Source of the DNA: the human T2T-CHM13v2.0 reference genome, Homo sapiens
Strand: one strand, 5' to 3'
Assembly: GCF_009914755.1 (NCBI RefSeq)
Contig: NC_060931.1
Length of the DNA stretch: 64,000 bases
Positions within the stretch are counted from its first letter, which is position 1. Every line of letters starts with the position of its first letter. Positions 1-22,127 of the stretch are shown here, piece by piece. Position numbers and translations under genes: made by a program. The notes beneath the pieces were generated by a model, which was not told the origin of the DNA, did not search any database, and saw nothing but the letters and a program-made list of their open reading frames with translations.

Positions 1-1375
<1,375 letters not shown>

Positions 1376-1541
1376 GCCAAAACAAAACCTCAGCCCTGCC
1401 TAATCACCTTGCCATCCTGTACAACCTGAGTTCTTAGCTTCATGTGCTGTTTTCACAAATTTTTTTTTACTTCTGACTCTATCCTTATTCTCATCTCCCA
1501 AACCTCAATTTATATTCCATGAACATGGAATTTAAAATCTA

Positions 1542-1757
<216 letters not shown>

Positions 1758-2056
1758 TCATTATTTATAGGTGAAAGAAAATTGTAGGGTGTTATCTGAA
1801 TTGCTTGGAAAATTTCAAACACTCTGATAATATTTTAGAACCTAATAACAACCATGTTTGTTATGTGCTCCCATAGCAAAAGTATTTACTCCCAATCAGT
1901 ATAAAACTTAACAATCCAGTAAACATTTCAAAATCATATTTAACTAGCTGTGCTTCCAACCTACATATTCCCAATTTAAAAAATCAAACCTTAATACTCA
2001 AATTTACCATTATACTGGTGACATGCAACAAAGAACAAGTGATCTTTCTGAAGACT

Positions 2057-2353
2057 CAACGTCCAATGTGGTAGCCATTGGCCACAAGTGGCTATTGAGC
2101 ATGAAATATACAGCTAGTCCAAATTGATATATATTTTAAGTGTAAAATACACACTGGTTTTTTAAGACAGTACAAAAAAGAGAATGTAAAATATTTTTTA
2201 TATTACTTATAAGTTGAAACGATATTTTGGATATGTTGCTTTATAGAAACTACGTCATTAATTTTACTTGTTTCTTTTCATTTTCTTAATAAGGCTACCA
2301 GAAAATTTCAATCACATACATGGCTCACATTATATTTGTATTGGACAAAGCTG
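2057..2353 (-). mobile_element. MER33-like hAT-Charlie DNA transposon fossil
   Basis: gtccaat...gtagcca...gtggctattgagc and ggctcacattatatttgtattggaca termini, matching the recalled consensus. Confidence 0.7.
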
Positions 2354-2632
2354 CTCTAAAGATCCATGTAGGGCTTTTGAGGGGACTGTAAATATGCATT
2401 AGGAGACAGGGGCTTTGAATAACTTCTCCCACCATGGTTTCCTGTTGTCATCTCTTTTTACATACTGGGTACTTTCCAGGAGTCTAGCACAGCTGGATAA
2501 GCCGTAACAGAAAATCAACACAGTATACCCGAAGGACAACACAATAATATGGGCTTTCTGGCCATTCCTGCTTTTTGCAGCTGCTGCTTTCATAAGAAGC
2601 TACAGCCAAGGAGTTTTTAATTACAACAATTA

Positions 2633-3100
<468 letters not shown>

Positions 3101-3232
3101 TTAAGGAAGGCTCTTAGCGATCTCAAGTGTGAAATCTTAGATCATCAATATGAGCCTTGGATCTAATTACAATGTAATCCCTTTTGCACATATATTCATT
3201 GTTTGCCTGTAATCATCAGCATCACCAGGTGT

Positions 3233-3935
<703 letters not shown>

Positions 3936-4839
3936 TGATTGATTTATTAACTGCGTCAGTGCTGTACACCACAGAGCCACTAGCCATATATTTGGCTATG
4001 GAGCAGTTGAAACTGTGACTGAGAAGCTTAAGTCAAGTTTAAGTAGCCACATGGCTAGTGGCCGCTGTGTTGGCCAGTACAGGTCTGGAGCCTGGCTGCT
4101 TCGTGTGTAACAGCAGCACATGTAGGGAACTGGTTAGAAATGCAGTATTTCATATTCTACCTGGACTTCCTGAAATACATCCTGCAGTTTAAGAAGATCA
4201 CCAGGTGACTGTTAAGTACATTAAAGGTTGGAAAGCACTTACCTAGAGTAGGGGGTCTTATTGAATACATTGAAGCCCCTAAAATTGTATAAAAAGTTTG
4301 CATGAATTTGTAACACACACACATATGGATACACTTTCCCGCTTTCCTTCTCCTGGAAGCAATGTCTATACTTCTCCCTCAGATTTTCCAAGGTGTTCAT
4401 GATCCAAAACTAAGTTCTACCCTACACTAAGTGGAAAAGCAGATTTCACTGAACAAAGAAAGCCTTAAAGTTATCCTTTGCTGAGCAAGCAAATGCTTTT
4501 GAATTTACAAAGATGAGAAGCTGGCCATATTCAGCTTTGTCATTCTTCCAGTGTGGTTTCATTTCTTCATATATCTGAAATAAAAAACTACATGGTACAC
4601 TCCAGGTCTGCTTTGGTTTCAAAAAGGCACATGCACATCAGTGCACATTGGTAGCTATAAAACATTTATATGTATTCTATTTTGTATTACACACACACAT
4701 CCTTATTTTTTTAAGTGCAAATTGACCACAAAATGCATTCCAGTGCAAATACCAGTCGATGTTAATTCATACAGCCTGGAGCAACTGGTGAAGTTTTAAG
4801 TACTGATGTAGTATTGCAGCTGTTACCAATTTTTTGGTT

Positions 4840-4992
4840 GATTCAGGAATCAACCAGAAATTTTTTAAACTGGTATAATGGCTGTCTAGTTATTACCTAC
4901 AACATGAAACCATGAAGATTCAGGAAGCAATCAGGATTTTTTTTATTAGTATAATAGCAGTCTAGTTATTATCTACAACATGAAACCATGAA
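4840..4992. repeat. Diverged two-copy tandem duplication, unit about 77 bp
   Basis: 4840-4916 versus 4917-4992; 33-bp core gtctagttatta(c/t)ctacaacatgaaaccatgaa. Confidence 0.85.
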
Positions 4993-5467
4993 TAAAAACA
5001 TTGGAAAGAACAATTTTGATTATTTAGCTTCCTTTCCTGTTATGGAATAGTGTTGGTTTTACATTATAATAAAAAGAATGATCCTTTATTATTTCTTTTA
5101 GGCAAAAATTTAGGAAGCAATGATACTTTTATGTTGAGGATGAGGTTGCTTTCAGGCTTTATAAATTTGTCTAAGAGAAACTTCCTCCCTTTCCAAACAA
5201 CAAAAAATGTTCTGAATTCTATGCTAAGGCAATGATTTATTTCAGGTTGAGTAAGTCCCTAGAGTTAGGTGGTGTGCCCCCTGAGTCTCAAAACAGCTTG
5301 AAGAATCCGCCTTGAATCATTATTTATCCACTGGTGTTTATGAAGAGACATGTACAAACTGGTACTAGCTAACACAGCCAAGAAAGTTAACAATAGAGCC
5401 GTAAGTATTTCCCAGATGAAGAAAACACAAGTTTAGCTTCACTTTTGTTTTGGAATGCAAATTTATA

Positions 5468-5634
5468 CTGGTTGAGCATCCCAAATCTGAAAATCCAAAA
5501 TCCAAAACTTGCTCATTGGAGCATTTTGGATTTTTGGATTCCAACCAGTAAGTTGAAGTACAAATCTAAAAAAAAAAATGAAAATCCAAGACACTTCTAG
5601 TCCCAGGCATTTTGTGTAAGGGATACTCAACCTG
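5468..5634. mobile_element. Tigger4a/MER46-like Tc1-mariner MITE
   Basis: TIRs ctggttgagcatccc ... gggatactcaacctg, flanked by TA on both sides. Confidence 0.75.
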
Positions 5635-5783
5635 TAAATGCAGAACTGCTGAATGCAATTGCAACAGAAAGACTTAGATCCCTTCATAAATAATTTTCTG
5701 TCAGATGAAGGAGAACTCCAGCTATTACTGGAAGGTACAGACAGGACTACTATACATTTAATACATGTTTAGCTTTTGTAAGA

Positions 5784-5788
<5 letters not shown>

Positions 5789-5846
<58 letters not shown>
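5789..5846. repeat. (TA)29 perfect microsatellite at the tail of an antisense Alu monomer
   Basis: Direct reading. Confidence 0.95.
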
Positions 5847-5850
<4 letters not shown>

Positions 5851-6294
5851 AGACAGGGTCTCACTATGTTGCCCAGGCTGATCTCAAGCTCCTGGGCTCA
5901 GGCAATCCTCCCACCTTGGTCTCCCAAAGTGTACAGGTGTGAGCCACCGTGCCTGACCTAGGACAAAATATTCTTTCAAAACTAGCTAGCAAAAAGGATA
6001 ATTTACTGGGCTGGGCATGGTGGCTCACGTCTGTAATACCAGCACTTTGGGAGGTAGCAGTGGGCAGATCACTTTAGGCCAGGAGTTTGAGACCAGCCTA
6101 GCTAACATGGCGAAACTCCGCATCTACTAAAAATACAAAATTAGCCAGGCCTGGCAGCGGTGCCTGTAATCCCAGCTACTTACGAGGCTGAGGCACAAGA
6201 GTCACTTGAACCTGGTAGTGGGAGGTTGCAGAGAGCCAGGATTACGCCACTGCACTCCAGCCTGGGTGACAGAACAACAATGTCTCAAAAAAAA

Positions 6295-6328
<34 letters not shown>

Positions 6329-6749
6329 TAAATATAAAATTTACCATGCTATTTCCAATCTTTTTTAAGCCTCAGCAGTGTGGTGGTGATGGATGTCATT
6401 AAAACAAAAGGGTTGAAAAACAGTTCCGAATCTCATTTCTACTACCAGATACGAGACAAATGTCATTCACATTCCCATGGTGCAATGCTCCTGGTACGGT
6501 AGCTCTTTTCCATTCCTTTCTTTTCTACTCCATAAAGCACATTGGAAGGTGAGTGAGTGATTCCAATAACCTGGAGTCCAGTCCAACACAGTCAATTATT
6601 CGTAGCATTTGACTCAGATTATCCTCATACTTCACAGCTGATCACAACACATTTTGGTGTCACCACCATTTCTGATGAGGATCCCACATTCATTTAGTTC
6701 CTTACCTTTAGTCAAGGTCAAGATTCTTATCTGCACTCATTTTGATATA

Positions 6750-6768
6750 TTTATTTGATTTATTTACA
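6750..6768 (-). terminator. Tandem polyadenylation signals (AATAAA at 6764-6759 and 6755-6750) with an adjacent UGUA
   Basis: Minus strand reads TGTAAATAAATCAAATAAA; a third AATAAA lies at 6803-6798. Confidence 0.7.
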
Positions 6769-7125
6769 TAACCAGTAGAAAGGAGATTTTAAAAATATTT
6801 ATTACATTTGTTTCTAGAAATCATAGAAAATAAAAATTGATACAATTTTGATATACAACTTTAGAAAGGCATATTTATCCTTTCACACCAGAGAAGTTTA
6901 TGCAATGCCAGACATGGAAATACCAAAGCCACTGGTGACAAAGGGTAAACGCTACTGATAGAAGAAAGCCTTGTCCATTTTTATAGTTTTCTTCTCTACC
7001 ATTATTTATTTTTGAGCAAATACCAGTCCAGTGGAAAGAGTTCTGAACATAAAAGGCACCTAGAGTAAAAATTAGACCTTAACTAATAAAACAGCTGTAC
7101 ACGTTTACATCAAGAAAAAAAAACC

Positions 7126-7392
7126 CGGCCAGCACAGCTCATGCCTGTAATCCCAGGAGTTAGCCTCGGCAACATGGCCAAACCCCCGTCTCTACAAAAA
7201 AATACAAAAATCAGCTAGGCGTGGTGGTGCGCGCCTGTACTCCCAGCTACTTAGGAGGCTGAGGTGGGAGAGTCACTGGAGCCTGGGAGGTCGAGGCTGC
7301 AGTGCAAGATTGAGAATTGCAGGATTGCACTGCAATCCAGCCTGTGCTACAGAGTGAGATCCTGTCTCGAAAAAAAAAATAAAAAAATAAAA
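7126..7392 (+). mobile_element. Old AluJ-like element with a left-arm deletion, antisense within the PUS7 3'UTR
   Basis: Alu motifs with AluJ features (gaggtcgaggctgcagtg) and an A-tail. Confidence 0.85.
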
Positions 7393-8018
7393 TGGGCCTA
7401 TCAATGCAACGTTCCTGCAAGGCATTGATAATATAAATGCAAAAGCCACCGCAACCAAAAAGTCTATAATGCTTGCCTGAATCTAGTACATAAGCAGGAT
7501 AATGACAATCACTTTTTGTTTATAAATTTGTAGATGTCTTATTATTTCAGTCAGCATGAGTACTGTATTTATATTTGTGGGTGGCAGCTCTCAAATTATT
7601 TATCCATAGTCCAGATTTGTTTTGTTGCATTTGCTCTTAAAATGCATTGTTGTATACTCCATCACAGATGTGTCAAATACTCCTGCTGTCTTTTGAGAAT
7701 GTAGCAAAACCTAAACCTGCTACTTTAAACCAAAGTCCTTTTTTTATTATTGTAAAGCTGACATTTTACTCTGATTTAAGCACCTGAAGTGTATTTTGAC
7801 TAATTTATATTCTGAGCTAAAATTAAGAACCTCAGGATTTGTGTACATGTACAAATATTGCAAATTATTTCTTTAAGCTAATAAAAACTTAAAAATACAA
7901 ATAATTTTTATTACAAAGATTTGAAATCCATATATGAGTCTGAACTAAGACAAAAATGCACAGGGAGCCAGGAAGCAAACACTTGTGTACGTTTTCTAAT
8001 CTGTGGACAAGGTACTGC

Positions 8019-8216
<198 letters not shown>

Positions 8217-8497
8217 TCACATAATCTCTAAGCAAATACAAAGAACTGTGCTGCTTTCCTTAGACTCCACTTCCTAGGGGGCCTTGGAGAATGAGACCAT
8301 GGAAGTAAGAGATCTGTGAGTGTGAACCTGCTGAATGGTTACAGAAATTCTGCCCAGGAACTTTCACAAAAAGGCAGATGACAGAAGAACACAAAAGAGA
8401 AACGCATGTAAAGTTAAAGAAATAATAATAAATTACGGCCTGGGAAAAAACAGAACAAGAATTTGATGATGAGAATGCCAATTTAATTAATTAATTA

Positions 8498-9089
<592 letters not shown>

Positions 9090-9367
9090 AACCAATTTAA
9101 TTTTTTAGACTCTTCCTGAATTTTCACTCACCTTTGGTAAGTCTCTGTGGGGGATGGGGAGAAATACTCCATCACCTAATATCACAACCATCTATAACAT
9201 GCACTTATTTTCAGGAGGATTTACTGGTTTTAATCACTAACTTTCAGCCATAATTGTGAAAGTAAGGTCATAAAACACAACAATGAAATCATGGGTGGTG
9301 GTAGTGCTTGTAAGAGCAGTTTTCAAAAAAAAATTATGTTTTTGTTTAACAAAACATTTCAAAGTCA

Positions 9368-9490
<123 letters not shown>

Positions 9491-9667
9491 TCAAAACATA
9501 TGAATAAAGATAAGTGTGAATGTGAACTTTCATAAAAGGTACTAAGCCACTCATCATCATTTATTTAGCAAGAAAAACAAGTAAGTTTACTGTAAATAAT
9601 TATAGTTAGGAATCTTGAATAATATAGCAGGGCCAGATTTTATACCTAAGTTTTGCTTATATATATA

Positions 9668-9962
<295 letters not shown>

Positions 9963-10156
9963 AATATAATAGGCTCAATCCAATTATATTCTATTAGTTA
10001 TTTAAAAATGCACAACTGGGGCCAGGCATGGTGGCTCATGCCTCTAATCCCAACACTTTGGGCGGCCGAGGTGGGATGACTAAGCCCAGGAGTTCAAGAC
10101 CAGCGTGGGTAACATGGTGAAACCCCATTTCTTCACATTAATAATTAAAATTTTAA

Positions 10157-10372
<216 letters not shown>

Positions 10373-10801
10373 TAGCCAGGATGGTCTCGATCTCCTGACC
10401 TCGTGATCTGCCCGCCTCGGCCTCCCAAAGTGCTGGGATTACAGGCGTGAGCCACCGTGCCCAGCCGACAATTCTTTTTAAATGAAGTTGAGAGTCAGTA
10501 AACTTCACTTTGCACAGCTGTGATCAAATTACTTATGGCATTTACATTTTCTCCAGACTGGGTGCCACAACCAACAACAGCTTGTTACTGAGAAGGAACA
10601 GTTCTCTGGAGTGGGGAAGACAAAGTCCAACCATGTGGACCTCTTGCCTATACTCCAGAGAGGAGGAGGTAAGAGAGATGGAGAAGAGAAGGAAATAGGG
10701 AATAAAATAATTTCCTGGAAATAGGCAACTAGTTCAGGATTTCATTTTAAAATTATCAAATAAAGCTTTAGATAATACTGAGTATTAAAATTTGTTTTTG
10801 A

Positions 10802-11324
<523 letters not shown>

Positions 11325-11880
11325 TAGGCTCAAGTGATCCTCCCACCTTGGGCTTCCAATAAAGTATTTTTAAACGAACTAACATAAGTATATTTTCCTC
11401 TCTAGAAACATGATATTAAAACAACCAGAGCGGTGTTTGGAACTCACAGCTAATTCTAAGTAAGGTAATTTGCTCAGAGATAGCTCTGTAAGCAAATCTA
11501 AGTTTTTAGAAATAGGAAAAAAGTTCACTCTACACATTTCTTCAATAATTCAGTGATGCCAATAAAATGTAAATGAACTCACTTCCCATAACTGTTTATA
11601 TTCAAAACAGCTTCTTTATTTCTTTTCTTTTTTTAGAGACAGGGTCTCACTCTATTGCCCAGGCTTGTCTCAAACTCCTGACCTCAAGCAATCCTCCCGC
11701 TTCAGCCTCTGGAGTCTCCGGGCTTACTTATGAGACACTGTGCCCGGCTTAGCTTCATTTACTTCTTGATGATTTGAAAAATACAAAGTAGTAGCAGTAG
11801 TGGTAACAATAGTAATAATAACAATAATAACTAACACTTATGAAACACTTAGATGCTAGGTTGTAAGCACTGAAAAAGTA

Positions 11881-12774
<894 letters not shown>

Positions 12775-12845
12775 TATATAAAGTGAAGCAAAAGCTTACA
12801 ACTTATATGGTAATTCAGTTCTATCTCATTCTAGATGATTACTCA

Positions 12846-13019
<174 letters not shown>

Positions 13020-13379
13020 TCAAGTTATCCTGAACTAGATTATAAAGAGAGTAACAATGTAAGTTCAGTTAGACTGCCCTAATAAAATTAGTCACCTTAA
13101 TTTATAATCCAAAATCTGTTCCCTGGAATCAAAATTTAGTGACTTAGTAACTAGGACTACAGGGTGTACTGAGCTTTGGTTTGGCCAATTTTTCAGTTAT
13201 TTTTGCAACCAGTCATAGTACCTGTGGTGTAAGGTTCCCAAGCCAACTACAAAAGGCCATTTCATCCAAAGTTGCTAAACTGCATTTTATATGGGCTGAG
13301 AGTTGGAAGACAGCATATACAGAGGCTTCAAACTCTCTCTGGAAGAGGCAGTTATAAATAAATGTATAAAAATAAGAGA

Positions 13380-13860
13380 CCTTGGAAAACCATCTGGCTC
13401 ACCCGCGCACCTGATGTAGAGTCTTTTTTATAGCACTCAAGAGAGACAGTTTTCCAGCCTTTGCTTGCACAGTCATTAATGGGGAAATACTTCTTTGTGA
13501 GGCATGCAATTATTAGAAAGTTCTTCCTATTCCAAGCTGAAATCCATTTTCTTCTAACTTCTGTTGACGCTTTGGAACACAGTGGATTAACTGTCTTCTT
13601 CCACATATAGTCATAAGTACTGGATCTTTCAGCCATATCTTCTCTAGACCAAACAATGCTTCCCTTAGCTGTCCCTCCTTTAACATTTCTGTATTTCCCA
13701 CCAAACCTTTTATCTGCCCCAGGGTAACAGGCTCACATACAACAATAACTCCAGATATTTTAAGCTTTTTATACAAACTACTATCAAACTGGGCCTTTTC
13801 TATCGGCATTTGATCACTGGGCATAAATGTGGGAATTTACATTTATTCCTATTAAATACC
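13380..13860 (-). mobile_element. Ancient CR1/L3 LINE 3'-end remnant
   Basis: The minus-strand translation RKNFLIIA...SLECYKK resembles the CR1 RT C-terminus (RKNF...SLExFK); heavily diverged. Confidence 0.45.
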
Positions 13861-14439
13861 TTCTGCAGTTCTTTTTTTTTTTTTAACATCTTACTAAATT
13901 ATTTATTGCAAACTTGCCCCTCTATTACAACTTTTGCTAGCCTTCTACTCATTCAGTAACTAATATAAGACATTGAATATGAGGTGTCATACATATTTGA
14001 TAAATTAATGGATGGACAAATGCAAATACATTGAAATTGTGTTTTTAAAATTAATACTGCAATAGAATATTATGCAATTCTTAAATATGTATTTTTCATA
14101 TAATTAATACTAACTATTTTGCACAATTTGCAAATATAACAAGCAAATTTCTTTGTTCAAGTTACTCATAAAAAATATTGGCTAGAACAGGTCCCTCACC
14201 ACACACTAAGGACAACAGGGATCCCTCAATCAAGCACTGTCGGGTACCAGGTATGCATGTGTTACATACCCAGAAACCTGAAATATCACCCATCCAGTCT
14301 ACAAATGGCCATCCTGGCTACAAGGTTTTCATGAATGGCTTTGTCAAAGGCTTTGCTGAGTTTATGTTCTAATTGGTACTGGCAAAGTTCCTGATCCCAA
14401 AAGGTTTAAGAGAGAAGAGGAAAATAATGTTTTCTTTCT

Positions 14440-15313
<874 letters not shown>

Positions 15314-15511
15314 TGATTATCGGCGTGAGCCACCGTGCCTGACCTATTTATTTTATTTTATAATTTCAACTTTTATTTTAGATTCAGAGGTAGAGTTTCT
15401 TAATTTAAATTTTCCATGTGAATGCATCCCTTTCTGGGAGACTGTCATAAATAACCAAAGTTTATATATGCTTGAAATAGTAGCTTCATTATGTTAAACT
15501 TGTTTTAACTA

Positions 15512-15691
<180 letters not shown>

Positions 15692-15759
15692 TCAATCTTC
15701 TAAAATTATATACATCTAAGCAAGTCAGAAGTACAAGTTGGTACAGGTTCAGTGACTTA

Positions 15760-16186
<427 letters not shown>

Positions 16187-17254
16187 CTAGACAACATGGC
16201 GAAACCCCATCTCTACAAAAAATATAAAAATTAGCTGGGTGTGGTAGCAAACACCTGTAGTCCCACCTACTTGGGAGGCTAAGGCAGGAGGATCACCTGA
16301 GCCTGGCAGGTTGAGGCTGCAGTGAGATGTGCCTGCACTACTGTGCTCCATCCTGGGTCTTGGAGTGAGACCCTGTCTCAAAGGAAAAAAAAAAAAATTA
16401 AGTTTGGATATATATCCTTCTGTCTTTTCTACTCTACCCAAGAAATAAAAATCAAGGACTTAGAAAAAGTAAAAGAAATTCTTTTTTTGTTTTTTGAGAC
16501 AGGGTCTTGCTCTGCCACTAAGGCCAGAGTGCAGTGGTGTGATTAAGGTTCACTGCAGCCTCAACCTCCTGGGCTCAAGTGATCCTCCTGCCTCACCCTC
16601 TCGAGAAGCTGGGACTGTAAGTGTGTGCTACTATGCCTGGTTAGTTTTTTAATTTTTTGTAGAGATGGGTCTTTGTTGCCCTGGCTGGTCTTGAACTCCT
16701 GGGCTCAAGTGATTCTGCTGCCCTGGCCTCCCAAAGTACTGGGATTACGGGTGTGAGCTACTGCACCAAATCTGAAGTAAAATTTTCAATGAAAATTTAA
16801 AAACATTTATCTCTCAGCTGCATCCACATTTTTTTGAATGCCTACTATTTAAAATCAGTTCCTCTATCTTTCTTAAATAAAGTAACACAAGAAAACACTT
16901 TGAAAAGCCACCATACTACAAAATGGTATTTGCAGTGGCATCATAAATGGATGCATTTTGCTGGGAAAAAAAAAAAAGTTAAAAAAAAAAACTGGAATGT
17001 ACTTAAGAGGATGAAACACAGCGGCACCCAGGACATTAAAATACACTGGATGTGACCAACATGGCATGAGGAAAAGAAGCTAAATCAGGAAAAATAATTT
17101 AAAATTTCTGAACAGAGTTAGAACCTTAGTGGGTTTATGGGGTCTGCCTGCAGATGAGCAGATCATGTATTCAGCTAATAGATGGTAGCCTAGTATGCCA
17201 GAGACACACATGGAGTTTGGAATCAGATAGAACTCTGAATCCCAGTTTTTTCTG

Positions 17255-17286
<32 letters not shown>

Positions 17287-17531
17287 TAGCTGTGGAACTT
17301 TGGGCAAGTGACTAAACCTCACCTGAAAAAACAGAGAAAATACTTCACAGTAACACTGAGGCTTTAAACTAAAAGACACAGGTACAGGGCTTAGTGCCAA
17401 GGCCTGGCACACACAATGGGCTCCATGGAAGATGGGATATTAGGAGTGTCTTGGGAACATTTTGGGCACAGCATATACTAAATGCCCATTCTATTTGAGT
17501 TTGAAGAAACTCTTCTTTTTTTTTTTTTTGA

Positions 17532-17633
<102 letters not shown>

Positions 17634-17966
17634 TGAGTAGCTGGGACTACAGGCGCCTGCCACCACGCCCGGCTAATTTTTTGTATTTTTAGTAGAGACG
17701 GCGTTTCACCGTGTTAGCCAGGATGGTCTCCATCTCCTGACCTCGTGATCTGCCCGCCTTGGCTCCCAAAGTGCTGGGATTACAGGTGTGAGCCACTGCG
17801 CCCAGTGACTTGAAGAAACTCTTTAAGGTTGGCTAACAAGACACATCCAGAGGTGTATTTATTTGCTAGACCTAGATCGAAGTTTCGAAAGTGATTTCAG
17901 CCATCCATTTAGCCCAAATCCTATTTGAGTTGAGAAAAGGGAGGCCCAGAGAGAGGTGCTTACTCA

Positions 17967-18052
17967 GGCCGGGCACAGTGGCTCACACTTGTAATCCCAG
18001 CACTTTGGGAGGCCAAGGCAGGCGGATCACCCGAGGTGGGGAGTTCGAGATC
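17967..18052 (+). mobile_element. 86-bp tailless Alu 5' fragment between 14-bp direct repeats
   Basis: GAGGTGCTTACTCA at 17953-17966 and at 18053-18066. Confidence 0.9.
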
Positions 18053-18197
18053 GAGGTGCTTACTCAAACCAGATATACATTTTTTCTTTAAAAATACAGA
18101 TACAAACTAGCCAATGTAAGTTTGCATGGTCCCTTCATCTCAAACTTACTAGACATCTCTTTTTTTTTTTGAGATGGCATCTCACTGTGTCACCTAG

Positions 18198-18371
<174 letters not shown>

Positions 18372-18521
18372 TGACCTCCTGACCTCAGGTGATCCACCCA
18401 CCTTAGCCACCCAAAGTGTCAGGATTATGGGCGTGTACCACCGTGCCTCACCACATCTCTCTTTCTTAATTAATAGCCAGGATGGATTTTAAAGCCACTA
18501 GTGGCAACTAACTGAACCCTA

Positions 18522-18803
<282 letters not shown>

Positions 18804-18807
18804 CTAG

Positions 18808-19245
<438 letters not shown>

Positions 19246-19499
19246 TGAGTAGCTGTGACTACAGGCGTGCACCACCATGCCAGGCTAGTTCTTTGAATTT
19301 TCTTTCTAGAAACAGGGTTTTGCCATGTTGCCCAGGCTGGTCACAAACTCCCAGGTTCAAGCAATCCACCAGCCTCAGCCTCCCAAAGTGCTGGGATTAC
19401 AGGCCTGAGCCACTGCACCCAGCCAAAACTTCTACTTTAATCTCTCATTTTTTCTTTTTCTTTTTAATCTCTCATTTTTCTTTTTTCCTTCTACTTTAA

Positions 19500-19638
<139 letters not shown>

Positions 19639-19677
19639 TAGCTGAGGCTATAGGTGCGCACCACCATGTCCAGATAA

Positions 19678-20209
<532 letters not shown>

Positions 20210-20865
20210 CCTTACATCAATGGCACAGTCTTCAAACTTAAGGAATTTACACATCAATTTTCAAGCTAACAGTGCTTTTTTCTCCCATAATTCCACGGTT
20301 AAAGAGAGAACCTAAATGATTGAACTGACAACTAATTCCATGCAGCAAGAATTCTGCTTTCTTTGTGCATCTAGGAAAAGTAAGACTTAGGCTTAAGGGT
20401 TAAACTTTAACATTTGTTAACTTTAACTTTGTTGCTCAGGCTGGAGTGCATGGAGTCCTGGATTATACATATCCAAATACTGACATAGGCTACTCTTGAA
20501 TCACCATGATGAAACCAGACTAAAATGCAACTATAGACTGCTTACTGTTCAACCCTTTTACTAAGGCAGTTTACAGTTCTGGTAACGGAATGATCAAGAA
20601 ATGACTATACAATAGATTCGAAATTTCTCAAATACCAAGAGACTTAATTTACACAGAATTTCCACTGAAGATTATGTTTTCCACATTGACGCTTTTCTTG
20701 TGCCCTCAATAAGTAATGCCCGCATCCACCCCCAACATCACCACTCAGGGTCTGAACAAAGACTACTCAGGTGAAACACCTCAGAGATCACCAAAGGATC
20801 CTTATTTACCTTCTGCTCTTTCAAAGTTTAGTAAAATCTTTCAAGATGAAATTTAAAAAGCATTA

Positions 20866-21084
<219 letters not shown>

Positions 21085-21718
21085 CTAGGGTTAAATGACT
21101 TACCCAATAGACAGACTTCCATAACTTAAAGTACACTTCACAGAGAACACAAAATTAGAAAATGCTACTTGAAATATAGGTGCTGTTTATAGCTACCACT
21201 CATCTGAGGAAGCGCAAAGATGGGAAATGTAGAAAGTTTACAGAACTATTTGGCTTTGTCAACATACAATCACCCTCAGGTCAAAAGTAAAAGCTATTTA
21301 ACTGTTCATTATAACAGCTGATTCAACATGACAAAAACACGCTAGTACTTTCTTCCTTCTCTCTTTTTCCATTGTAATGTCAAGTTTAACGGGTTACTTT
21401 CCTTAAAATTAGATAATTTTATCTTTTTATAGTCTGCAAATGAATTACCCAAAGTGAGCACAATTATTTTGACAATCAGTAGTTTAATCCTTTTCATTCA
21501 AGATGATTTTAGAGATACTCTTTGGAAAGTTTTTGGTGACTTCTTCACACTGCAAATCCTCAAGGTGTTTTTGCCAAGTTTTTATATTCCATTACACTAT
21601 GTTTTAACAAAATAACCACAAGTAAAATGTTTTAGATTCTTATACACTCAGATTTAGTAGTGAGTGAAGAAAAATATATATTCATTTTTAAAATATATTT
21701 ATATTGAGTTATGAATTA

Positions 21719-22127
<409 letters not shown>

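Larger units (their letters stand above)
6735..8018 (-). other. PUS7: PUS7 3'UTR (about 1.3 kb, AU-rich, contains one antisense Alu)
   Basis: Continuous AT-rich sequence from the stop codon to clustered AATAAA signals. The exact cleavage site is estimated. Confidence 0.75.

Noticed and set aside
4840-4992. Direct repeats as a CRISPR-like array
   Set aside because: Two-copy tandem duplication in mammalian DNA with no unique spacers or cas genes.
13352-13824. Two overlapping minus-strand ORFs as a possible novel gene
   Set aside because: Best explained as a decayed CR1/L3 remnant; no splice or start context.
17464-17482. gggcacagcatatactaaa resembling the U6 snRNA 5' region
   Set aside because: The match is only about 11 nt and nothing else of U6 follows.
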